Under the pieces are notes generated by a model that was not told the DNA's origin, made no database searches, and saw nothing but the letters and a program-made list of their open reading frames with translations. The translations under genes and the position numbers were made by a program. 64,000 nucleotides of DNA from NCBI GenBank assembly GCA_043228905.1, contig JBHGNT010000007.1:13702001-13766000 (forward strand), read 5' to 3'. How positions within the stretch are numbered: the stretch's first letter is position 1; every line of letters begins with the position of its first letter. This DNA is from Azolla caroliniana (Eukaryota; Plantae; Polypodiophyta). Of the stretch, positions 12,071 through 22,950 are shown one piece after another.

Positions 12071-15000
12071 GCGATCCTATGGTGATCCTCACACCGATCC
12101 GGAGACTCTGGCAGTCGGCCCATGAGCCGGCGTGATACTTAAAGAGAAGGACGGTGTCGGTAGGTGAACGGGATCCGACAAAGCAAGGGCCGAAAGATCA
12201 GAAAAAGGTATAAGGACGGGGACGCGGCCATGAACCGGAACCGGACCCAATCGGCAGGGTCAGCAGGACGAAGATCAGACGCGCCAGGTGGGCCAAAACG
12301 GGCAAGGGTGATCCTTCGTGGATAGAGGCATGGCAAGCTACCAAGGACACCCAAGCAGGGAGAGGTGTGTCGAGCTGAAAAGGGCACACCTGGAAGCGGA
12401 TCGAAAGAGGTGTGTGTGGCCATTGAGGGCCGAAGTAAAGCACAAGTACGGGACGGTGCTCGACACAGGCAGTGCCGAGCAAGGAAGGTGGAAGACAACA
12501 CACGGTGGTGTCGGGTCGGAAACCGGGTGCAAAGACGGATTGCACGGTTCGGTGGTCTCACAAAGAAGGCCGGGGAGGAATCCTACACACCAGTTCCGGA
12601 GACTTCGGCAGTTCGGCCGCCGTGGCAACGTAAAACTGAGGAGAAGGAAGGTGGCGGCGAGGGGACGAAGGCGATGAACAACGGCACAGAGCGGCAATCA
12701 GGATGACGCGAAGATCAAAAGAGGCCAAGCGGGCCACTACGGGTGTCCCGCGGACGGAGGACACTGAGCATACGGCGGGACGCGGAGCGTGCATACAGTC
12801 GATCAAGGGACCACGGTGACGAAAGAAAACAAGGATAGCCACTGAGGCGCACTCCCGAAAGTCGACGGATCGGGGTCAGTAGGAGTCGGCAAGGTGGTCG
12901 GGTGCCGGGTTGGCGGGGAACCCGGTTGATCACCATAGCCGAAATCTCTCACCTTTTCCTTTCATGGCACATACCGGTGGATGTGCAGTTTGGTGGGGGT
13001 GGATGTCATGAAGATTTCCAGCTTTGGTGTGAAACTGGGATGGAATGGGCAAGTTGGCAATGTGCAACATGTGCACATGTATAGTAGGAAAATGGTGTAT
13101 AGAATAAGGGGGGGAGAAATTTATCCCACATTGTAAGGGCCCTCCCTCCTTGGGCTATAAAAGGAAGGGAGGGGTCAATTGTAAAGGGTTGCCCATTTTG
13201 AGTTAGGACGGTATACCATTAGGTCCAAGGTATGATAATCTTTCTTCTTCTTACTTTCTTGTTTTCTGTTAGGGTTCTTCGAGTTCTTCTTCTCCTCCTT
13301 CGTCGCGTGGGTTGAGTCTTCGTGTCTATTTAGGGTTTAGTTCGGTTAGGAGCTCGTAAGTCTAAAAGGGGTTTAGGCTTCTACCTTGTCTCCTGTGCAG
13401 GACCCCGCTCGGCGCGACGAGCCCGAGAGCTCCCCGATCGGCAACTTGGCAGCAGACTGTTGTTGTAACCTAACCTACCTAGGTCCGGCTCGAAGCGGGA
13501 GTTGTATCTTACTCTTGTACATATATAATGAAGTTTTATGCATCTGTGTCTGTGTCTGCGTCTTCGGAGTTTCTTCTTTCCTTTTCTGTACATAAGTAGC
13601 GTGCGTTGAGTCAGTGTTGCATGTATTCTCTCTCTCTCCCTCTCTCGTGTTCGATAGCCTCCAGTACGTGTCCGGAATCGTTCCGGTTTGTGCCACAGCC
13701 GATGCAGCCGGGACCGGAGAGGGTCGGTCTCCCATCATCCATCTCTTCCTCGTCTGAGACCCCCTTGGTCCCGCCCCTTTCGACACATACTCGTGGATAA
13801 CCGCGACACCATATTGTTGCCACCTTCATCATAAATGCATAATGGTACGCCATGTACTCATCGTAGCCGAATCGGCTTACGGGGTTCTTGTCATGAGTCG
13901 ATCGGCGGAGCTTCTCATTTGTGGATACTAAGGCTTTCTTCACTCCATTTGTCCGGATGTCAAGGCCGTCAAACTCACTATCGAGGGAGTAAGTTGATTC
14001 GTTGCCGTTGAAGTGATCGTCTTCATACTTCAGCATTTTCGCCTTCCCTTTGTCCAACTTCGGACTTGGCCGAGATGTGCTTTGATCGCTCGGGGGCTCT
14101 TGTGGCCCACTAAGCCTTGTTGTAATTGGGCTTTCTTTGAACATGCGCGTGAGCTAATCTTCGGCTTCTATCTCTATTTCGGCGGAATTCAAGTCGAGCG
14201 GAATCGAAGTCCAAGTTGTCTCTCATGCCTACCAAGATGCGGACTCGTCGAAAACAACCTCTCGACTTACTCGAGATTTTCGAGTTGAGGGGTTATAACA
14301 CTTATACCCCTTTTGCTTCAGTGAGTATCCTTTAAGGATACATTTCTCTGACTTCGGGTCGAGCTTTTGTCGCTTTTCGTCAGGGATGTGCACATACGCA
14401 ATGGAGCCGAATTCCAAACATATGAAAGATCTGGCTTCTTTCCAAAAAACTTCTCGTGCAGCGTGAGTTCATGCACGCTGGATGTCGTACACCGATTCAT
14501 TAGATAGACGGTCGTGTTAGCTGCTTCCCTCCAATACGATTTCGGCATGTGCTTTTCGTTAAGCATAGCCCATGCTACTTCGAAGATGGGTCGATTCTTG
14601 CATTCCGCTACTCCGTTCTGTTGTTGCATATATCGACATGAAAATTCTCGTCGCCGTAAACTCATCCGAGAAATATTCTTTGCCTCCATCCGATCGAAGG
14701 CACCATACGTGTTGACTCGTAGCTTTTTCGACTTCACTCTTGAATTTTTGGAAGTGTTCGAACACTTCGTTCTTTTGCCGCATCGGGTAGATCCAAGTGT
14801 GCCTAGAGAAGTTGTCAATAAAGGTCTCGTAGTATCGGCATCCGCCGAATGTCGTCGTTTGAGCCGGTCCCCATACATCGGAATGAATTATGTCTAGTAT
14901 GCCTTTGCTTACATTCCTCTCCCTCGGAAATGGATGCCGATGTTGCTTGCCGAATTGGCAAGCCGCACATACGCCTTCAATCTCTCTCTCTTTAAAGGTC

Positions 15001-16397
15001 GGTAGTCCGATGACGACTCCTTTCGCTTTTGAAGGTTGATATGGCCAATCCGCTTGTACCATAACTCTATGTCAAACTCGGCTTTCGTGCCCTTTGTGAA
15101 CGTGGCCGATTTCATCTCGTGCGAGTCAAGAATGAACATTCGGCCCTCTCTTTGTCCGCGCGCGATGAGTTGGGCCTTCTTTTCGATGAAGCAACCACCT
15201 TGATTAAATCGAACTTTCATTCCTTGCTCTACAATTTGGCCGACGGAGACCAAATTCTTCGTGATAGTTGGTACATGCAAGACATTTTTAATGTAAGTTT
15301 GCTTACCTTCTTTTCCGATCGGAACATTGCCGATGTGCCGAATCGGGTGCGTAGTGTCATCTCCGGTTTCAACATAGGGTCGGTCTGGCTCTCGAAGTTC
15401 TCGGAGCCATTCTTGATGCGACATCATATGGTTCGAGGCACCGGAATCGACGAGCCATATGTCTTCTGGACCGGAGGCACTAGTAGAAGTAGAGGCTGAC
15501 ATAGAATTCGCTCTATGTCTCATTACGAATAATCCACCGTAATCGTCGTACTCGGAGAAGGCGGCGCAAGTGGTGAGTTGTCGAATAGTGGAAGCCAACT
15601 CACGCATCTTCTTTCGGCACTCTTCTTCGCGGTGGCCGATTTTTCCGCAACATCCACATTCGACCGAGTTTTGTCGACTCAAACTGGAATGGAAGCTCCC
15701 CCTTCTTCCAAAGGTTCCTCGATGGCTTCCGTCTTGATGCCGAAATTGTGAGTTGTTTTCGTAAGTCGGGCCTCGTCCACCTCGTCCTTGGCTGAATCGG
15801 CCTCTTCTTGCACGATCGCGTCCTCTTCCTCCGTCCAAATGCGTGTAGAGCATGTGGCCATCCTAGGCGTTGCTCCTTGTTCGAACATGATTCTCTTCGA
15901 CCAACAACATGGATTGAAGATCGAAGTGTTGAGGACAGTGCTCGGCCACAACCGAGGAATAGGATCAACTCACAGTAAATAGGGAATACAAAGTACACGA
16001 AGACAATAGAGAGAAGAGTACACAGGGTGTTTTACGTGGAAAACCCTAAATGGGAAAAAACCACGGGAGTCCTCAAACTCCAACTATCAGTATACACAGA
16101 GATGTACAATGGTGAAGCTACAAGGCAACAACCTTTAGCTCACTATCTTCGCCACAGGCGGCGGTAATACACAGAGGCGTCGACCTCTTTCTTCCTCTCT
16201 CTCTCTCTCTCTCGGCTGCTCTCACTTCGCTCTCTCAGCTGAAAACACAAAATGAGCAACAACACAAATTGTTTGCCCTAAGTCATATTTATACACATAT
16301 GACTTTCGGGCTATTTACAAATATAGCCTCAAGGGCTCTTGGCAAACATATTCACAAATATGTCCCCGCATCCGGATCTCCCTCCGGGTACATTCGT

Positions 16398-16666
16398 CAT
16401 CCGGCTCCGTAACCGGGGTCTTCAGCATCCGGCTCCGTAGCCGGGGTATTCATCATCCGGCTCCGTAGCCGGGGTCTTCATCATCCGGCACCGTAGCCAG
16501 GGTCTTCGTCATCCGGCTCCGTAGCCGGGGTCTTCAGCATCCGGCTCCGTAGCCGGGGTATTCATCATCCGGCACCGTAGCCAGGGTCTTCGTCATCCGG
16601 CACCGTAGCCAGGGTCTTCGTCATCCGGCTCTGTAGCCGGGGTGTTCGTCATCCGGCTCCGTAACC
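16398..16666. repeat. 28-bp tandem array (~9.6 units) in the U3 of the C 3' LTR; second copy at 21315-21583
   Basis: Unit CATCCGGCTCCGTAGCCGGGGTCTTCAT and variants. Confidence 0.95.
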
Positions 16667-16738
16667 GCAACCGGGCTTGCCGTCATTCATCTCCGGACAT
16701 CCCATCCGGAGGGACCGAAATCCCAACAAACTCCCCCT

Positions 16739-19700
16739 TCACTTCGGCATGGGATGTCTCTCCAATCCGATCCTCTTCCGGCATGCTTCCAGCTTGTCGG
16801 GTGTGAGCACTTTGGTCAGCATATCTGAGCCATTCTCGTCCGTGTGGATCTTCGTCAGCACGAACTCCTGGTCTTCTATCCTTTCCCGGATCCAGTGATA
16901 TCTTCGCTGGATGTGCTTCGTCCGGGAGTGATAGGCCGCGTTCTTCGCAAGGTGGATGGCACTCTGACTGTCGCAGTAGAGTCGGTACTCCTCCTGCCGG
17001 ATACCGAGCTCTCTAATGAAGTCCTTCATCCATATCATTTCCTTGTCGGCTTCAACAGCCGCCATGTACTCCGCCTCCGTGGTTGACAACGCAACCGTCT
17101 TCTGCAGCCTCGACTGCCACGAAACAGCTCCCCCTGCATACGTCATCACATACCCTGATGTGGACCGGCTGGTATCTACATCAGCCGACATATCCGAATC
17201 GGTAAAGCCGTCGAGTTCGGGCTTACCGGAGCCGAATCGGAGGCACACGTTTGCCGTGCCCTTCAGGTATCGTAGTATCCACTTGACCGCGTTCCAGTGC
17301 TCCTTGCCGGGATTGCTCATGTACCGGCTCACCACTCCGACTGCGTATCCTATGTCCGGTCTTGTACACACCATTGCGTACATCAAGCTTCCGATGGCAG
17401 AGGCATATGGTACTTTCATCATGTCCTCTTTCTCAGCCTTTGTCTTGGGACTTTGCTTGCTGGACAACTTGCAGTTTGCCGGGAGAGTTGATCCGACCGG
17501 TCTTGCTTCCGACATGTTGAACCGGTGAAGCACCTTTGTTACGTACTTCTCCTGTGACAGCCACAACTGCTTCTTCTTCCGGTCTCGGATGATGTGCATC
17601 CCTAGTATTTGCCTCGCCGGACCCAGGTCCTTCATTGAGAAGGTTCGGTGAAGTGCTTTCTTCAGCATCCGTATCTTGCCCTGGTCCCGTCCGACGATCA
17701 ACATGTCGTCCACGTACAGGAGGAGTATTAGAGAGTCTCCTCCTTCGAACTTCTTCACAAACACGCAGTGATCGGACTGCGTTTTGTGGTACCCTTCGTC
17801 GGTCATGAAGGAGTCGAACTTCCGGTACCATTGCCGGGGAGCCTGCTTCAGTCCGTAAAGACTCTTCTTCAACCGGCATACCAGGTGCTCCTTCCCTTTC
17901 TTCTCGAATCCTTCCGGTTGCTGCATGTAGATCTCTTCTTCGAGGTCACCGTGAAGGAATGCCGTCTTCACGTCCATCTGTTCTACCTCGAGGTCCATGC
18001 TTGCCGCTATGCTCAGCACCGTCCGGATGGAGGTCATCTTCACTACCGGGGCAAATATCTCATCGAAATCGACGCCCTTCTTTTGCTGGAACCCCTTCAC
18101 CACGATCCTGGCTTTGTATCTCGGGGGGTTTCCGGCATCTCCCGGTTTCAGCTTGAACACCCACTTGTTTCGTAGTGCCCGCTTTCCTTTTGGCAACTCC
18201 ACAAGTTCATATGTGTGGTTCTCATGCAGGGAATCCATCTCGTCCTGCATGGCACTCAACCACCTGCGGCTCTGGGTGTCATGCTTTGCTTCTTCAAAGC
18301 TCTCCGGCTCCCCCTCGTCGGTTAGCAGCACGTGCTCTGGTTCCGGAAATCTCCGGGGGGCCCTTCTCTCTCTTAGAGGATATCTCCATTCCGGAGCTTC
18401 GGTAACCGGCTGCTCCGTTTCCTCTTCATCCGAATCCATTTCGGGATCGGGGCCGGTTCCGGTATCAGTTTCATCTTCCTCGGCCGGTTCTGTTTCTTCA
18501 CCGTCTTCGGCCGGATCCTCGAGTGCTAACCGGTCCCTTGCCGGTCGGGACTGCTCCTCGTAGAGTTTATCCTCACCGGTCGACTTGGAGCTCTTCATCT
18601 TCTTCTCCGACTCCCAGTCGGCGAGTGTCTTGTCCTCCATGAAGATGATATCTCGACTCCTGAATATCTTCTTGTCGACCGGGTCCCATACTCGGTAGCC
18701 GAACTCGTCGTCGCCGTAACCGAGGAATATGCATGGCCGGGTCTTTGGATCTAACTTTCCTCTCCGGTCCTTTGCCACATGCACGTATGCGAGACACCCG
18801 AACACCTTTAGATGCCGGTAGGACACTTCCTTACCGGTCCACACTTTCTGCGGCGTGTCTCCGTCCAAAGGTACTGAGGGTGATCTATTTATCACATACG
18901 TCGCCGTCGACATTGCCTCAGCCCAAAATCCCTTGGGTAATTTCGCATGCGCCAGCATACTCCGGACCCGCTCCATTATGGTCCGGTTCATCCTCTCGGC
19001 CAGCCCGTTCAGTTCCGGCGTCTTCGGCACAGTAAACTCGAGCCGGATTCCCTTCGAGCGACAGTACTCCTGGAACTGCCCCCGGTATTCCCCTCCGTTA
19101 TCCGCTCGTATCGCTTTCAGCTTCTTGCCGGATTCCCTTTCCACTCTCGCGTGGAGTTCTTTGAAGACGGACAATACTTGGTCCTTTGTCTTCAACGGTG
19201 CCGTCCACAACTTCCGGCTATGGTCATCTATGAATGTTACGAAGTATTGGGCTCCGCCATGTGACTTCGTTTCTACCTGACACACATCAGTGTGCACCAA
19301 CTCCAATGGTACACTACGTCTCGTCGGTGGCCTTGAGTGGAAGGAGGTCCGGTTTTTCTTACCGGCCAGGCAGTCGGTGCACTTCTCCAGGTGCACATGC
19401 TTCACCGGAATAAGGTTGTCTTCTGCAAGCCTCTTCATCCCCTTCTCACTCATGTGGCACAGTCTCTTGTGCCACAGCTCACCGGCAGTGTCGGCTGCCA
19501 CATTCAGCTCCTCCGAACATAGCCGGGAATCCATCAGGTACAGTGTGTTGACCTTCCGGGCCCGAGCCACTATCAGGCTCCCTTTGCTGAACTTCATGAC
19601 ACCGTTCCGGATGCTGGCCGTGTAGCCTTCATCGTCTAGCCTCCCGGCCGAAATCAGGTTCAATCGGACCTCCGGAACATGTCGCACATCCTTCAGCAGC

Positions 19701-20812
19701 ATCTTGCATCCGGTTGATGTCATCAGCCACACGTCTCCTATGCCGGCAATCCGGCATGTGCCTTCATTTCCCATCCGGACACAGCCGTGCTCACCGGCTG
19801 TGTAGGATGAGAAGTATTTCTTCTCCAGGGTCAGGTGGAACGACGCTCCGGAATCGACCACCCAGGTCATCTCTTCACCGGCAAGGTTCAGCTCCCTCTC
19901 TTCGGTAATGAGCATTATCTCTTCTTCACTTGCCGCGAGTGCCGTCGTTCCTTTCCGGTCCTGCCCTCGCCGATCCGGACCTCTCCGGTCCGTGGCTCCC
20001 CGGTATGCACCGTTTCTCTCCGGTGACTTCTTCGAATCGGTGTCGTCGGCTCCGTTGTCCTTTCGGTAATGCCGACAATTCTTCCGGAAGTGCCCCGGCT
20101 TCCCACAGTGGAAGCACGTGGGCCTTCCTCTTGACTGCGACCCGGTCCCCGACTTCTCCCGTCTTTGCGGACTCCGGTTCCATTGTCTTCCCCGTTCCGA
20201 TTTGGTAAGCAGCGCCTTCGAGTCGGAGGCCGGTTCTTTATCTCTCCGACGCGCTTCTTCGTTCAAAATACTTGTCTTTACCGTTTGTAGAGACAAGTTA
20301 TCTTCGGTGCAGGAGGTGCTGAGAGTCACCACCAAGTTCTCCCAGCTTTCCGGCAATGTACACATCAAAATGATGGCTTGCATTGCATCCTCCAACGGGA
20401 ACTTGATCGCCGCAAGTTGGTTCACGAATCCCATGAACGTGCTCACGTGTTCCACCATATTCTCGCCGTCCCGATACTTGAGGTTCACTATCTTCCTCAT
20501 CAGGGAGGTCCGGTTCAACGCATTCTTCCTCTCATAGAGGCCCGACAGCTTCTTCCACATCTCATAGGCGTTCGTATCGTTCGCCACATGTTGCAGGACA
20601 CTTACATCGACATATTGCCGGATCGTCGCTACGGCTTTCCGGTTCAGGAGCTTCCACTCCGACTCTATTACCCCCTTGGGTATCTCGGCATTGTCGATCG
20701 GTTCGTACAGGTCTCGGACGATGAGAAGGTCTTCCATCTTTATCTTCCAGTCGGCGTAGTTCTGTGAGTTCAACACCATCATGCCCGGAGGCCCACTACC
20801 GCCGCCTTCCAT
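16739..20812 (-). CDS. Copia gag-pol polyprotein (1357 aa from the first ATG after the PBS)
   Basis: CFHCGKPGHFRKNC zinc knuckle; WVVDSGAS protease; HxxxxH..CTDC and DDE integrase; YVDD RT; DSD/EAE/DS/D RNase H. The listed ORF start at 20866 is a non-ATG codon inside the LTR. Confidence 0.96.
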   Translation of the reverse strand: MEGGGSGPPGMMVLNSQNYADWKIKMEDLLIVRDLYEPIDNAEIPKGVIESEWKLLNRKAVATIRQYVDVSVLQHVANDTNAYEMWKKLSGLYERKNALNRTSLMRKIVNLKYRDGENMVEHVSTFMGFVNQLAAIKFPLEDAMQAIILMCTLPESWENLVVTLSTSCTEDNLSLQTVKTSILNEEARRRDKEPASDSKALLTKSERGRQWNRSPQRREKSGTGSQSRGRPTCFHCGKPGHFRKNCRHYRKDNGADDTDSKKSPERNGAYRGATDRRGPDRRGQDRKGTTALAASEEEIMLITEERELNLAGEEMTWVVDSGASFHLTLEKKYFSSYTAGEHGCVRMGNEGTCRIAGIGDVWLMTSTGCKMLLKDVRHVPEVRLNLISAGRLDDEGYTASIRNGVMKFSKGSLIVARARKVNTLYLMDSRLCSEELNVAADTAGELWHKRLCHMSEKGMKRLAEDNLIPVKHVHLEKCTDCLAGKKNRTSFHSRPPTRRSVPLELVHTDVCQVETKSHGGAQYFVTFIDDHSRKLWTAPLKTKDQVLSVFKELHARVERESGKKLKAIRADNGGEYRGQFQEYCRSKGIRLEFTVPKTPELNGLAERMNRTIMERVRSMLAHAKLPKGFWAEAMSTATYVINRSPSVPLDGDTPQKVWTGKEVSYRHLKVFGCLAYVHVAKDRRGKLDPKTRPCIFLGYGDDEFGYRVWDPVDKKIFRSRDIIFMEDKTLADWESEKKMKSSKSTGEDKLYEEQSRPARDRLALEDPAEDGEETEPAEEDETDTGTGPDPEMDSDEEETEQPVTEAPEWRYPLRERRAPRRFPEPEHVLLTDEGEPESFEEAKHDTQSRRWLSAMQDEMDSLHENHTYELVELPKGKRALRNKWVFKLKPGDAGNPPRYKARIVVKGFQQKKGVDFDEIFAPVVKMTSIRTVLSIAASMDLEVEQMDVKTAFLHGDLEEEIYMQQPEGFEKKGKEHLVCRLKKSLYGLKQAPRQWYRKFDSFMTDEGYHKTQSDHCVFVKKFEGGDSLILLLYVDDMLIVGRDQGKIRMLKKALHRTFSMKDLGPARQILGMHIIRDRKKKQLWLSQEKYVTKVLHRFNMSEARPVGSTLPANCKLSSKQSPKTKAEKEDMMKVPYASAIGSLMYAMVCTRPDIGYAVGVVSRYMSNPGKEHWNAVKWILRYLKGTANVCLRFGSGKPELDGFTDSDMSADVDTSRSTSGYVMTYAGGAVSWQSRLQKTVALSTTEAEYMAAVEADKEMIWMKDFIRELGIRQEEYRLYCDSQSAIHLAKNAAYHSRTKHIQRRYHWIRERIEDQEFVLTKIHTDENGSDMLTKVLTPDKLEACRKRIGLERHPMPK

Positions 20813-21874
20813 TTTCTGTGTTACCGTCGCTCTGATACCAATTTGTTGAGGACAGTGCTCGGCCACAACCGAGGAATAGGATCAACTCACAGTAAATAGG
20901 GAATACAAAGTACACGAAGACAATAGAGAGAAGAGTACACAGGGTGTTTTACGTGGAAAACCCTAAATGGGAAAAAACCACGGGAGTCCTCAAACTCCAA
21001 CTATCAGTATACACAGAGATGTACAATGGTGAAGCTACAAGGCAACAACCTTTAGCTCACTATCTTCGCCACAGGCGGCGGTAATACACAGAGGCGTCGA
21101 CCTCTTTCTTCCTCTCTCTCTCTCTCTCTCGGCTGCTCTCACTTCGCTCTCTCAGCTGAAAACACAAAATGAGCAACAACACAAACTGTTTGCCCTAAGT
21201 CATATTTATACACATATGACTTTCGGGCTATTTACAAATATAGCCTCAAGGGCTCTTGGCAAACATATTCACAAATATGTCCCCGCATCCGGATCTCCCT
21301 CCGGGTACATTCGTCATCCGGCTCCGTAACCGGGGTCTTCAGCATCCGGCTCCGTAGCCGGGGTATTCATCATCCGGCTCCGTAGCCGGGGTCTTCATCA
21401 TCCGGCACCGTAGCCAGGGTCTTCGTCATCCGGCTCCGTAGCCGGGGTCTTCAGCATCCGGCTCCGTAGCCGGGGTATTCATCATCCGGCTCCGTAGCCG
21501 GGGTCTTCATCATCCGGCACCGTAGCCAGGGTCTTTGTCATCCGGCTCCGTAGCCGGGGTATTCGTCATCCGGCTCCGTAACCGCAACCGGGCTTGCCGT
21601 CATTCATCTCCGGACATCCCATCCGGAGGGACCGAAATCCCAACACGAAGAAGGATGGCGGATTCTCCCGTGCTAGTATGGCGGTCCGCACTGCGCCGAA
21701 CCGTGGTGCAAGGCAACCAAGGCATATTTGCACCATTTCATCATCCTCCACATTGACGCTTATCGAGGCGAGTGCATCACAAAGCTCCTTGATCTTCAAG
21801 GTGTAGCTTGTAATGGACATATCCCATTGTTGGATGTTGTTCAACTCTTGGCGGAGTTGAAGCTTTCTCGCGGT

Positions 21875-22336
21875 TGTCAAGAGTTAGAATCTTGTCACAG
21901 ACACACCAAGCGTGGACTAAGACAAAGCACGGATGATGAGGCTATGATGGAGCGATGACACGACGAACTTAAGACGGGGAATGACACAAGAGCATAAAGA
22001 TAGAGATGAAGATCAAGGAGAGAGGATGGGCGAAATGGGAATACTAGATTGATATGTCCATGACTGACGTTGTTCACCTTGAATTCCTTCAAGGTGAACT
22101 CAACTATTTATACTAAGTGGGATGCATACATGTTGCACACATGTGATACAATAGAGCATGTAGGCAGTAGGTACGCATGCATGTGCCAAGTGTAAATAAT
22201 ACAAGGGAGAAATTATGCACATGATGCTAGCTAAAACCTACAATGAGGAAGTATATACATGATTATATGCTAGATGTGTGGTTAACACATAACACTCGAT
22301 TATAACATGGTCATGTCAAGAGTTCGAATCTTGACA
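21875..22336 (-). mobile_element. Solo LTR of an A-related gypsy family inserted in the B gag
   Basis: Perfect TSD GCGGT (21870-21874 / 22337-22341). Termini TGTCAAGA...TCTTGACA. Similar to the LTR at 3780-4197. Confidence 0.9.
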
Positions 22337-22489
22337 GCGGTCGTGTTGGCGGCGAAAATCTTTCGTAGATTCTCCCACGCTTCCTTCGGCATCTCGGCTT
22401 CTCGAATGTAGTCGAGCATGTGGTCGTGAACACATGTCGCCAAGCAATACATCACTCGGCTTGCCGCTTGCTCCCAAGTTGCATAGTCG

Positions 22490-22638
22490 GCGTCTTTCGG
22501 GTCGGGTTGGTTTTCTTGTGCTCCCTTGATGTAACCCACATAGCCTTGGCCGACAAGGTATTAGTGCGTCTTTCGGGTCGGGTTGGTTTTCTTGTGCTCC
22601 CTTGATGTAACCCACATAGCCTTGGCCGACAAGGTATT
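22490..22638. repeat. 76-bp tandem duplication in the B gag
   Basis: GCGTCTTTCGGGTCGGG...GACAAGGTATT occurs at 22490 and 22566 and frameshifts gag. Confidence 0.92.
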
Positions 22639-22950
22639 GGTGCATCTTGTACTCCCAAGATGCGAAGTTGTTTCGGTCCAACTTCTCGCTAGGGAGAGCG
22701 CTCCCCATTTGAGTATTCATTGTCGATTAAGCTTCCTTTCTTATTTTCCTTCTCTCTCGAACACGAGCTATGTAGTGGTACTACAATAGCGATGAGCCGG
22801 TTCTTCTTGAACGTCGGCGTAGAGCACAACACACGATCACGATGAGGCGAGTGGGCTAGATCGAGCTACCAAATCGCTCTGATACCATGTAAAGAATCAA
22901 TGGTGATTCTTGTGCAACGGAATAGATATGTGTGTTATGTGTGTTGTGTG

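Larger units (their letters stand above)
6054..13808 (+). mobile_element. Non-autonomous gypsy element F (degenerate gag only; non-matching LTRs)
   Basis: The 5' LTR (6054-6121 plus ~9185-9846) is related to the E LTR. A degenerate gag at ~9850-10430 (RFNGDKVPFYLEAY, DFDQWV, NGLTEDWSEVE) is followed by a long purine-rich repetitive region. PPT GGTGGGGGTGGA ends at 13003. 3' LTR is 13004-13808 (TGTC...GACA). B pol is contiguous across the insertion (KVATI|REPE). Confidence 0.7.
15927..21645 (-). mobile_element. Intact young Ty1/copia element C
   Basis: TSD CGAAG (15922-15926 / 21646-21650). 802-bp LTRs at 15927-16728 and 20844-21645. PBS(iMet) complement at 20829-20840; PPT complement at 16729-16738. 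Single uninterrupted gag-pol ORF. Confidence 0.98.

Noticed and set aside
9610-13084. Many overlapping 100-230-aa ORFs on both strands
   Set aside because: GC-rich low-complexity interior of element F; nothing recognisable other than the degenerate gag.
16844-20767. Plus-strand ORFs opposite the C polyprotein
   Set aside because: Antisense shadow ORFs of a GC-rich coding sequence.
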